DNA of 63,996 nt, counting the filler, from Dimargaris cristalligena (Eukaryota), in assembly GCA_003614675.1 (NCBI GenBank). It is 10 parts of 10 records of this genome, joined end to end, with 100 filler letters (N's around TTAATTAATTAA, not from the genome) between each part and the next. Parts side by side here need not be neighbours in the genome. Positions count along the whole stretch, not along the records: positions 32,897 to 39,355 come from ML003516.1; positions 39,456 to 45,908 come from ML003517.1; positions 46,009 to 52,445 come from ML003518.1; 7 more parts are not named here. One strand, given 5' to 3'. The position numbers were made by a program, and so were the translations under genes. Under the pieces are notes generated by a model. That model saw nothing but the letters and a program-made list of their open reading frames with translations, was not told where the DNA came from and ran no database searches. Shown here piece after piece: positions 35,513 to 47,589 of the stretch (position 1 is the first letter of the stretch; each line of letters starts with the position of its first letter).

Positions 35513-38500
35513 ATGGCCCAGCCATCTCCAACGGGCTCGTCGCCCAGCCGGGCCTCCAATCTGCTGGCCCTTCCGCTCAAATACTCCCTGGACCAGACCG
35601 TCATGAGCACCGGCTTCATGGACTGCATCATCAATGTCTACGGCGAACCCGTCCAGCCCTACACCAAAGACCTCGAGCAGTGGGATGACCTATGCGCCGA
35701 AGCCCGCCATGTCAACACCCCCGGTCCGGGCCAGCTCCGTCTATTACTCAAGTACTACGCCCAGCTGACCCACGGCGCCACCAAATTCCCGCCCGACGTG
35801 AACGGGTCACCCGGGTTCGCCTGGACCCCCTGTTTCGTGGAACTCCTACCCGACTTCACCCGACGTGCGATTCCGGCCGCTGCTGTTGCTACCGCTATCC
35901 CACATTATCCGTCGTTGGTCTTCGAGCGCGCCAATGTTCTTTTTAATATCGCCGCCTATTACAGTCATTTGGCCCTCCAGGAGGATCGGTTGCGGTCCCC
36001 GGGGCTTCGTCACGCCTGCAATTACTTCCAGCAGGCGGCGGGTGCCCTCACCCACTTGAAAGACCAAGTGGTGCCCGCGTTGAACCAGGCCCTGGGCTCT
36101 TCTTCGGTGGCCATTGCTACGGCCGCTCCACCCACCTCTTCCGCTATCCACTCCTCGACTGATTCACCCTCCCCTTCGTCTTGCCGCCCCCCTACCTCGG
36201 CCGACACTCCCCTCCCTTCCACCACCGCCGCCGCTGCTGCTTCCTCGCCTTTATCATCTTCTTCGTTCTTGTCATTATCAGCATCGTTGCCAACGCCCAC
36301 CTGCGCCCCGGCCGATTTCCAGCCCCGCTACTTGGATGTCTTTATTCTCACCATGTTAGCCCAGGCCCAGGAATGTTTTTGGCAGAAAGCCGTCACCGAC
36401 CGCATGAAAAACTCCCTGGTGGCGAAACTGGCCGTCCAAACCGCCGCTTTTTACGCCCAGGCGGGGGAGGCCATTCGGCACTCCAGTATCCATAGCCAAT
36501 TCCCGGCCCGGTGGTCCACCCATTTGGCCATCAAACAGGCCCATTTTGAAGCCGCCGCCCAATTCCGCCAATCCTGTGTGGACCTGGACGCGGATCAGTT
36601 CGGCCAGGAAATTAGTCGGCTGCAGTGGGCCCAGCAGCGTGTCCGAACGGCGCTCGCCGCCGCGGCAAATGTTTCTTTTCCTTCTTCCTTTTCTTCGGCA
36701 TCGTCTACTCTATCGTCGTCGTCGTCGTTTACGTGGCTGAATGATGGTGGCGCCTCCCCCTCCTCCCCCACCCGATCGTCCCGGAAGTCCTCCAACGGCG
36801 GCGGTGGTGGTAATCTTCCGGGCCTTCCAACGGACCATCCCCGGCTCAACATAGCTCTAACCGCGGGGGGAATCCAGCGGGCAAGTGAAATCGACACCAT
36901 CCAACACGCGCTAGCGGACCTCCGTTCCCTCGATGGGATCATTGCCACTAATTTACAACGGGCCCGGAAGGACAACGACGTCATTTATATGACCCTTATC
37001 CCCGAATTTGACCAATTACCGGCTGTTACGGGAGTCGCGATGGTTCAACCCACCCCGCCCCCTGAAGTCAGTGATCCGATCGCACTACTCCACGCCCAGT
37101 CGCCCCTCGGACCGGCCTTGTTGTCGGGCTTACTGCCGTTTGTCATCCACCAGGCCGTGAGTGTGTACTTTGACCGGAAACACCAGTACGTCGAGGAAAG
37201 AATTACGGAACCGTTGCAGTTTTTGACGGCGCAGGGGCGTAGGTAAGTCAACACCTGGTTAATTTAATCTTATGATTCGTCTGAATGAATCTTACACCGA
37301 CAGGCGAGGCCGGAGTGCCAAGCGGAGTAGAATGAAAGGAGCAGTATGGTAACTTATTGCAGGTACTAATTAGGATTCAATCCGAATTTATCTGCCATAT
37401 TTTTACCAATATGCAGTTCACTGGAGGCACTGGGGATTGACGACGCCTTGGCCCCATTTCGACCACCCCATATACTTCCAATCTCGATTGAGAAAATCGC
37501 CCATGAGATGCAGTCCCAAGGAGGTATCACTTTTGCCGACCAACTCTTTCAGCAGGCTAACCAACTTGCCGAAGCTTGCACCGATCTTATTCAAACGGTA
37601 TGTATTAGTAGTAGTGTACCCTGACTATATTATCCATGTCTTTTCATCCCATACCAGCGCAAAGTTATGGGAACCCCCCCCTCCCTCCTTCTATCTCTCC
37701 CCCATACACCATCCCCTTTAGTATCTAACCATTCCAATCCATTGACTTTTTAATACTCTATGTGTATCTTTTAGACAACCGATTCTATATCTGATCCCCA
37801 GGTGTTCTCGGCGGTGACTGAAAATCGGGTGCCCGGTGGGTTCAACGACCCTTCGGCCCCATCAATTACCGCTGCTTGGCAAGCGGCCCTGACGCGGCAT
37901 GAGCAAACCGTAGCAGATCGACGCACAGTCGATCAGGCCACCATGAAGCGGCTGGCTAGTTGGAAACCTTTTTTCAAAGTGCTCGGTGGTCCCAAGGTAA
38001 TGCCAAGGCGCCCTTCACTAAGTTGCTTACTGGGCGTGTGCTAATGGTCGGCGAATAGAGGATATTGTCTCTCTTTTCATTTCCCCCCTCCCCCGCCCTG
38101 TCCCTAATCTTGGCTACTCACCCGACTAACTCCCCTTACATTAAATTCCCTGTTACAACGCCCACTGTCCTATGTTGTCCGACTTACTCGTGGGCCCACC
38201 CCAGGAACACATTCTAGCCGCCATTCCATCCACCCCAATTTTCCTCGAAGAAGATGAGCTGGCCGTCATTGAAGACGTAGAGCAGACTCGCGTCGAGTTT
38301 AAACGATCCATGGACAACCGAGTTCAGATCGTCGAGACCGCCAGACAATTTTGCGCCCAGGACGATATTGGTACGTAGTCGGCCTACTTTCATTGTTATA
38401 TAAACCGATCATCATTACTGTTAAATGTGGCCAATCTTCCCATTTTGCCCGCACGGTTTCAAGAAGCCAGGTTGTTTATCCAACCACCTTTATCCAGCCC

Positions 38501-39125
38501 TCTTTTTGATAATCGATTTTTTGAAATCTTAGGCAGGCCGCCTTGCCCAGATTTACTTCGATGGTTAATCCCCAAGGCAATGGCAATCCTTACCAAACGG
38601 CTCATTGACTTTTCGTGATTCTAATTAGCCTATGCCCCCTCTCTCTCTCTCTCCCTCACGCACACATACACACACACATTTTCAGGGCCCAATCTAACGA
38701 AAGCAGTGCCCTACCGGTCATCAACCGCAACCGCAACTGTAACTACAACCGTCACCGAAACCCCCACGGACACCTCCCAGTTCGAGGGCCTATTTGCCGA
38801 ACAACTGAAACGCTACGAACCCTACCTCGCCCAAATCCAGACGGTCACTACCGCCCAGCAGGACACGCTCACCGAACTCAGCCACCTATTGGGTTGCCTG
38901 GCCGACATTCGGAGTCGCCATCCGGCCTTCTCCCAGCGGGAAAAGGCTTTCGCTAACCTGAAATTGGCCCGTCGCAAGTACTTTGAAATGATTGACCTGG
39001 GCCAGCAGAGTATCCAATATTACACGCAAGTTCAGGAAGAACTGTTGGACCTGCAGGACCGGATTCGCGATCTGCGGTTGGTGGCTCAGGCGGACTCGAT
39101 GCACTGGATTGCAGCCCCAAGATAA
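35513..39125 (+). CDS. RIM20: BRO1 + V-domain protein, Rim20/PalA-like; exons 35513-37242, 37417-37597, 37775-37996, 38205-38370, (possible 38537-38563), 38686-39125
   Basis: FERANVLFNIAA, MLAQAQECFWQKA and KDNDVIY BRO1 motifs. V-domain DDI and FEGLFAEQLKRY. No proline-rich tail, which favours Rim20/PalA over Bro1. Confidence 0.85.
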
Positions 39126-39303
39126 TTATTGAACTTTAAATTAAAAATCTTCGTGATTGAACAATAATTCTGAATAATAATGGTAAAAAAGAGGGGGGAG
39201 GTATTAATTCTGAATATCACCGCACTGTCTGGTCAGATGTTGGGGATGGGCTGGGTCGCTATTGATATTAAAGCCGTCAGGTTTGACAATCCATTTATAT
39301 ATA

Positions 39304-39355
39304 TATATGGGAGAAGTTCATCCAAGCTGTATAACGAAAAATCCATTTGATGAGG
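39304..39355. repeat. Repeat family D end at the contig edge
   Basis: TATATGGGAGAAGTTCATCCAAGCTGTATAACGAAAAATCC matches the reverse complement of 28691-28730. Begins within a (TA)n run. Confidence 0.8.
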
Positions 39356-39455
39356 NNNNNNNNNNNNNNNNNNNNNNNNNNNNNNNNNNNNNNNNNNNNT
39401 TAATTAATTAANNNNNNNNNNNNNNNNNNNNNNNNNNNNNNNNNNNNNNNNNNNN

Positions 39456-40373
39456 ATTTTTCATTTGAGTGACAAACCAGTTTGCCTGGAGAAGCCACCC
39501 TGCCCTTTTGATAGTATTTTTGTTGTTCATTTTAGTGGCCTGACACCACCACACTGTGACAGCGGTGCTTCGGGCTAGTAGATCGGCAATCTGCACATCG
39601 GCCTTGGCCTCCCTGGGTTTGCTGTGATAGGGGCCAAATTCAGACATGAGGGTAGTCATGCTAGAACCGTCCTCATCAGTGTGGAGAATGACTTCAACCA
39701 TTGGGTCTGACAATTAAGGAATATCACTGGGCAAGGGCTTTTGCAGGAGGGCAGTAGAGAAAAGGGCATCGGGGTTCGCCTGAGCAAGAACCAATTCAGG
39801 CTTTTTACAAGGCTGGTCCATGATATCACCTGGTCCAAACTGGCCCAACCAGTGGGCAAAGGCGATCTTGGGCTAGCGGTAGTACCAGCTTAGGAGAACG
39901 GCAGTGGCCAGCTGAACTCCTTGTTTGAACTGGTCTTGGTGCAGGAATTTCTTTAAATCAGGACAGGAAACTGTTGGAAATATAAGTTTGATGGTAAACG
40001 CAAGTGCTTTCAGATACAACTAAAACAATTTAAAGAAGAGAGAAAGAACCGCAAGGGACAACACTAGATGCCCGCGGTAGGTTTTATTGAGTTGGAATTA
40101 GTAGTAATAATGACTAGGACGAAGTCCCAGGTATAGAATGATATAGTAAAGATTAGAATATAGTCCCGAGTATAGGACGAGCCAATCAGAGTAAAGGAAT
40201 TGGTGGGACGGGGGAAATGAATTTCCAACAGAAACCCCATAGCACCAGGCAGTGTAGCCCGATAGGTTGGTGCGGGGCTTGCCAAGGGGTAGGTCAAAAA
40301 TTGGCTGGTAGTCTGCAGGGACTATGGGCAAGTGATGGCTCGGGAGATTGGGAATTGCAGTAGTGTTAATCAT
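39456..40373 (-). pseudogene. Unknown ORF interrupted by a solo LTR and two stops
   Basis: Removing 39972-40230 plus one GAAAC joins MINTT...WCYGV to SCPDLKKFLHQ... in frame through to ORF 39408-39713, with only a TAG and a TAA between. TATAAATA lies upstream at ~40543-40550. Confidence 0.6.
39972..40230 (-). mobile_element. Solo LTR, 259 bp (same family as 13650-13908)
   Basis: 10-bp terminal inverted repeats and 5-bp TSD GAAAC on both sides. Confidence 0.95.
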
Positions 40374-41110
40374 GGTGGATAAATCGAACCCGGGATAACA
40401 ATAACTGAGTGGATAGGACGATGGCGAATACTGGCACTGGTAAATAAAAAATGGAAGATACTATTTAAGCATTAGAGACTCTGAAGGCAGAGAAAGTGGG
40501 TCGATTTACTGATCCTACCCATGCCAAGGGCTCTATTGCCTCTATTTATAGCCAACTAGGACCACGGTAGGGCTACCGCTTGGGAAACTATGTGAGACTG
40601 GTGCCCTGGGACCCTCATGGGTAAGGTGGATTGTAATATTCATAACCCGACAAGCCGCCAAACTAATTCATTTAACAATTACTGACACTTTGCCATGGAT
40701 GCATGGCTAATGGGCCTCACATTTCCGTATTCATCGAGGTAGCTCACCACCTAGTTATTATGCTATATGCCTAGCCGATATAGCGTGCCTAGCACTCTTC
40801 TGCATATGCCGCGGATTCTAAGTACTAGCCCCCTGTTCTGAATATTACTTGATGGTAAGCCATTGTTAACCTAGACAATGTGAGTAATCTGCCTGCTAGC
40901 TGGTTGCCAGAGGCATAAGGCTCGGATGCCATGGTCAGCGTGACGTGGGCTGCATTATAATACAGATAATGCACCACATACTAGGGCTATTGGAAGTGTT
41001 ATGTGGACACCCACCCAGTGGAAGTTAAGCTTTTAACATCCTCTGAACCGCCGGGGTTCTAGATAGGCTCGTTTTGGATATTACAGGCTGCATATGGAAG
41101 CGATTAAACT

Positions 41111-41200
41111 AGGCTGTATAACGAAAAATCCTTTGGATGAGACCAATATTACTGGTTAAAAGGTATTCTCACAAATATTCACCCATACATGTATAATGAA
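41111..41200. repeat. Repeat family D
   Basis: Matches the reverse complement of 28620-28712. Confidence 0.85.
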
Positions 41201-41692
41201 AAATCTCTTGAATGAAGTAAATACTATTGTTTTAAAAAATATACCACCTATTTTCCCATGCGCGTATCATTCAAATCCTTATTCATCTGCGCCGAATTTC
41301 ACGCATATCCACATCATTACTGGAAAGGTGCAGCTCTCCTTAATGTCTTACTGATGTATGTGCGAATAGATTGAGCATTATATTCGAGAGCATACAGCGA
41401 ATATAAGAGAGCGAGAGAAGAAAACAGCAATAAGGACGCTAGTAAACTAAGGGATTGATATCACGTTGGCCGAGCGCTCTTTATATAGTCAGATTATATT
41501 ATATCGTGCGCGTGCTAATAATGCATAACAAGTAAAAGGTTTGTCCCCGCTGGGCTTTGGAACCTTAAGGGAGCCTTGTAAGACGGCAAGCATTGGGAAT
41601 TGGATCCATTACCACCTGTGGATAGGTTCTGAACCGTGTTTACCCCTTTATGCCCGACGCTAATGTTACTATTATGCATAAGGTGCTTTATC

Positions 41693-41956
41693 ATCTATAT
41701 CAAACCCCGAATATACACTATTCGGATATCAGCCCATATTTGCCTAAGCCTATGCAAGACGATACCTTCGCTACATTACTATGACTCATTAAGCGATAAC
41801 AGATCACCCTCAAATTATCCAGTACCCTATCATTTATCCCCATTCATTCCTAACATTACTGATGATAGAAAACCCAGCGCCCTCCGTACCCCTGTTCTCC
41901 CCAGCCCCACCCTTAACCCGCGTACCCTCCCTGCCTAAAAAGCCATATACGTATCA
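41693..41956. repeat. Repeat family E (compact copy ending TACGTATCA)
   Basis: Contains both segments seen at 23800-23948 and 25110-25200. A further diverged copy ends TACGTATCA at 43085. Confidence 0.7.
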
Positions 41957-43993
41957 GGTTCGTTATTCATTGATGGCGGGATTTCTGAATTACCAGTTCT
42001 CTGGTCACGTCACCTTCTGGCATAGGTACTACCATGTCGTTATTGGCAGAGTTAGTCTCGGCTGCCGGGTTAGAAGTAACATTATAATCGGGCCTTTATT
42101 GGTCTATGATTTGCCCAATTTCCAGTAATAAATTACATAATAGTGGGCTAAGGCGGGGGGGGGGAGCTGGATCAAATTGAAGAAATAGAGGGAAAAGGCA
42201 GCAAATGACTCAAAGTAGGGGGTATAGAGTAGAGATAGGAGTACTGAGCCGTATTTATTGCCTGCGTGCAAATTTATTAAACCATTATGTGCTATTTGGG
42301 AGGTACCGGAGGTAGACTGGCAAAGGAAAGAGAAGAAAGGTGATAATTAATTAATGGAAAAAAGAGAAAAGAGGGGACCCAGGCACCGCCTGGGGAGTGG
42401 CGGCTTGGGGTAAATGGTGAGGGTAGGAGAACCCCATACGAAGAAAAAAAGGGGAAAAGATAGAGAAGGCCGGCAGGGCCGTTCGGCCTATATCCGAAAA
42501 AAAATACATGCAGAGCAATAAAAACGATTTAGCCCGAAGGCAAAACGTGACATTACCCTGCCAACCCGGCATTAATATTTGCCGCTACGTATGGCGTCCC
42601 TTATCGATATATCAGATATGAGTACACGGCAGCCAAATACCCGCCCCACCCTGGTTTAACCTGCACAATGACTATAACCCCGATTAGCTAGCTATTCCCC
42701 ATGATTCATCACCCGATAACATACCGTATTCGGGTTGTTCATACCGAACCTCCGAAACCATTAGCATCATAGTTTAGTAGTAATCCTTGCACTCGTTGTC
42801 GCAGTATAAATACTGTCAGAACCTTCGATCTCTTAGTAAACCCGACAAATTCAGATCCACGTCTCCAGGAAAACGTTTTCCTGCTTCGAGTATTGTTCTT
42901 GAGTTTTAGTGTCATCCTGAGTATTACTTAGTGTTATTCCGAGTATTATTACTGTCGAATATTGTCTAGTGTTATCCCTACATTTTTGATGGAAGGAGAC
43001 CCTTCCGCCCTCCGTGCCCCCGTTTCTCCCGAGCTGCCCATAGGAACCCCGTACCCCCATAGCTCTAAAGGCTATATACGTATCACACTTGATCATGTCA
43101 TAATATATGGGAAACTTGGCAACTTATGTTTATTGACTAAGTGGATCTTCCTCGACATACTATTCTATAATATGTTCATTTAAAACCGTGTTATTCCGAT
43201 TGGAAACATAGAAACTCGACGGGAATCATCCGGGCCCTTGTAATCGACCTCTTTAACTGTGCAAAAATGCTTTCTCAACCTTTAAATTATTATCTATACA
43301 ATACTGCAATTTTGTTTAGTTGCCAAACTACATTCGTGCTACCTGAAGGCTATTGACTGGCGGACAGTGCCAATAAGAGTCCCACCGGATAAGCCAATAA
43401 ATCGTAAATTTCCTTGTGATTAATATATGTATGAATATTTGAACCATATAATTGTCCAAGTAGAGATTTAGATAAACAAACTAGTCCAATGACTTACCTG
43501 CGGTATCTGGGGTGATTTTGGTACATTCCTGGTGCGACGTTTTACGCCCCATGTCTAACACACATTATACTATTGACATGTCCCTCCGCGCCCCTTTAAT
43601 TATCATTCAGCAGTTCGAGTCATTACTGCCTTTCATTCTTCCGGGGTATCCCGGCTTTACCACAACACGCCATATTTATATTCCGGCCCGAACAGCCATA
43701 CCAATGCCTTATAAAGAACATCATCGGTGAAGGTTGGAAAATAACATCCATCATTATCCCCAACAACTCACACCGGAACCTTTTTAGTTATTTTACTTGT
43801 TTTCTTATTTTTATCTATCTTATTTTCATACCTCGAATAAACCTTCGTCTTAACACCAACATTGACGCTGAATGAAGTGAGATTTTCTCTTAACTCTTAT
43901 ATAGTTACACCTGGCCTCAAAAACATTATATTCAATAACTCAGACCATTAGGTTTATTAGGTAATTGTGCACTCACGAATGCCCAGACATATA

Positions 43994-45615
43994 CAGTGAT
44001 TCCAAAAAGTGTACCAATGTTTCGCACTTTTGGATATAAGAAGATATTTCTCGGAAACAAATAGAGATAGAAATAAATGGTTATATCCAAAAGAAAACCC
44101 TTCCTTTCTAGTCTGTATGTGTAAAATGACAAGTCTATATTTTCTCTCAAGGGAAAGATATAGCTATTCTAAATTGACTAGTGCATTGATACACTTTTTG
44201 GAGTCGTTCAAAAAATTACCAATATTTTTTAAAATAGTAATTTAAAGTCAACCTAGTAGCACTATTTAGTGATAGCATATTTGTAATGCTCAGGGATGGT
44301 ACAAATGACCCTCTAGCACCTTCTTCCTGGTGACCTTGTGCCAAATTTTACCATCCTTTTCTCAGTATTTGAGCATCCCCTTTGGTAGCCATTAATGATT
44401 ATGGGATGTATAGTACTACAGTCAGGCCCATATGTATTCAATAAGGTTCAGTTCTGGGGACTATGTTGGCTACCCCATAGCCCCAAACAACTACTTCACG
44501 AGTCATTTTTGGAAAGATTTTACCCAGCATTTCTGGATATTTCCTGATAAATGATAATTAAATCAACTATGATCCAGTCATATATTATTAATGAGTGCTA
44601 ATTTTTTATAGGTATGTTCTTGAAGAAGTACTGGTCGGGTTATTTTAACATTTTGGTAATATAATTTACACTATTATATACAAAATAGCTCTAAATGGTG
44701 GTACTCTTACCCCCTGAATATGACTATTTTATTAATATAGTATAATAAGACCCTCTCAGAACTGCACTTCCACATAAAATAGTAGCCATTTAGCTTAAGA
44801 TAGTTAATATTGGTATTGTCTAACCATATAACATACTTCTACTTATCCAGAGTCCAGATTTTATGGGTAATTGGCTGGAAAAAAAAACTTATATACATTC
44901 TTAACAGTGAGAAGGTACTTTTTGCATGTAAATATCATACCTAACCCCTTTGTGTAGAGAATATTATATACCATACCAGTTAGTATAGGTTCCCTAAGAA
45001 CCTCTATGAGTAATTTGGGGATATCTGGTGAAGTTCTCTTACTTCCAGCTATGAATTTATTAATATAATACCGGCTGGTATAGATAGTAAATTTGGATTA
45101 CTACCCCATTATTGTAATAAAATGGCCTGGAGGTGGCCTATATGTACCCCATTAGTAGTGTAATAAATTATAACATGATTTATATTAAGTTCCTTGGTAA
45201 TTTTTTCACCTATTAGTGATACTATTGAAGAACTGGGGAATGTTATACCTATTAGCCCTTAGGATGGGTTTTCTAATGCATAAATTGGGAAGTGCTTAAA
45301 CTGGAAGGAATAGAAGAGGGTAAAAAATGGCAAGGAAGGTTATAATATTGATAATACTTACTATTATCAATATACAAAACCAAAGAACAAAAAAGAATTG
45401 AATAGCTCCAAAAAGTGTATCAATGTGCTAGTCATTTTAGAACAGCTATATTTTTACCTTGAGAGAAAATAAAGACTTGTCATTTTACACATACAGAATA
45501 GAAAGGAAGGGTTTTCTTTTGGATATAACCATTTATTTCTATCTCTATTTGTTTCCGAGAAATATCTTCTTATATCCAAAAGTGCGAAACATTGGTACAC
45601 TTTTTGGAATCACTG
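43994..45615 (-). mobile_element. Tc1-family DNA transposon, 1622 bp, ~218-bp TIRs, TA TSD, dead transposase
   Basis: TA|CAGTGATTCCAAAAAG...CTTTTTGGAATCACTG|TA. TIRs at 43994-44211 and 45398-45615. Minus-strand relics HKIWTLDK*KYVIWLDNTNIN (~44804-44866) and *PT*SPELNLIEYIWA (~44425-44472). Confidence 0.95.
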
Positions 45616-45651
45616 TATAGCAAAATAATTTTTATAAAAAGATTAAGATAA

Positions 45652-45723
45652 TAGCGATGCTACGTTTCGATCGTAGGACCTCAGGGTTATGAGCCCTGCG
45701 CGCTTCCGCTGCGCCACACCGCT
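45652..45723 (-). tRNA. Initiator tRNA-Met (CAT), 72 nt, intronless
   Basis: AGCGGTG...CATCGCT-A acceptor stem with A1:U72, CAGGG/CCCTG anticodon stem with three G-C pairs, ATCGAAA T-loop. T5 terminator at 45636-45640. Confidence 0.97.
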
Positions 45724-47589
45724 TCATAATATTGTTGTGACAGGTACTGAACACCCTTAAGCTTTGGTGATGTCACCGATGATGTACCTAACGTCCATTA
45801 ATCAAATTACTACCGTTTTACTATATTTAGCTTAGTTTATCAATTGCAATGTCATATCATAGCTATATCCATTTATCACCTTCTATATCATAGTTATATT
45901 TCGTTTTTNNNNNNNNNNNNNNNNNNNNNNNNNNNNNNNNNNNNNNNNNNNNTTAATTAATTAANNNNNNNNNNNNNNNNNNNNNNNNNNNNNNNNNNNN
46001 NNNNNNNNCCCATACACATATCAGTTAAATTCTTATATAGCTAAGCTGAACTTCACCCATATATATCCCTCCCCCTCGTAACCCACTTACTACTAAAGCA
46101 TACACCTCCCCTCGAAATGGGCGTGAGCCCATGTATCCGGCACGTGACTCCTTCGGAATGCTACCCTTTCTCTCTCTCTTGGTCTATAATCCTTCCCCTT
46201 CTACACTCTTCTTTGCAACGAAGCAGCGACCTTCCCCTTCATCGGAAAATTGCGAACATGGGAAAGACAGTGGGGGAGAGAGTGTATGTATGTATGTATG
46301 TATGTGTGTATGTGAGCACTGCTCAATTTTCCGGACGCGTCACTTATTGGAAGAAGAATAACGAGCGACCAAAAAAACAAAAGGCCACCCCTCCATTGCC
46401 ACTGTCAAGGCGAGGACGATTGTCCCATTCTTTGAATTGGTGTATCTAATAGACAGGGGAGTTAGTGAATTAAAAGTGAAGGACGATCGTCCTTCGGCGT
46501 CGAATGGGCGATACTCGGAATATATTCAGGGTATCTCCTTGAATATATATATTTACCACCCCTGCCAAGGTCGCCTGGCCTTGAAAACACAGCCATTTGT
46601 CTTCGTCTAACAAGGTGGGGGGGGTTACGAGGACATGTCGGAGGCGGGGGGTAATGCCTTGGAGAGGGTATATGACCGGTCCATCCATGGCACCATTATC
46701 ATTATTGGTAGGCGACGGCTATTTAGCCCCCAGCTATTACCCCCATGTACGCTACACTCTAAGCCTATTTTTCGGGTGTAGGAGTGGGCCGGACCAACCA
46801 TAAAGGGGCGTATGGGGGCAATCTTGGTTCCCACGTTCCGGGTGCGGTTAATTAATGGGAGGAGGGGGGTACTTGGCGCCTGGTAGTCATCCCGCTAGAT
46901 TCCATAGGAAAAGTTAGCACGAAGTCGCTCGAATAGTTCGGGGGAGCTATGCCCCACTAGACTTGACCCTAAGGCGGTGTTTCGATTCAAGAACCTTTTA
47001 CTCCCCGACGGCCCCACTTCGGAAAATCGGACCCTTCCACCACCTTGGGCCCAGCTCGCCCATAGTGTACAGCGGCATCATCGCATACCCAAGATACACG
47101 GCCACCGCCCAGAACCCCAGCCCCGTCTGGCAGGTTGATAATGGCAGGGGAGTACCCCTTGTCTTCACACGCGAGTTAATATTATCACGACGCTAGCGGG
47201 ATTTATCGTACTAGGAAAGAAGTGGGAATGGGGGGTTTATCTCATCTCCAATATTGTATTTTTATTAGTGCCCCCTTCCCCGCTATAGCTATTATTATTA
47301 TTAGCCATCCCAGGGGGCTCAGCGTAGCCAAACTACTAGATTGCAACTGTATGTCAAGGGCGATTGAGCCTTTATTTAATTAAGTAATTTAGGCGTAGAT
47401 GGACATAGTCATACCATGCGGTATTCTTGATTTTAGGCTCAGTGTACGCAGAGTTTGGCATAGTTTCCCTGATTAATGAATGCACTCCATCCCGGATCTC
47501 GACAACCACACCTTCCAAACCCGGCACTCCAATTAACCACACTGGACGATAGCAGCTTGGTTGCTAAACGAACATCCTCTAATCCCTTT

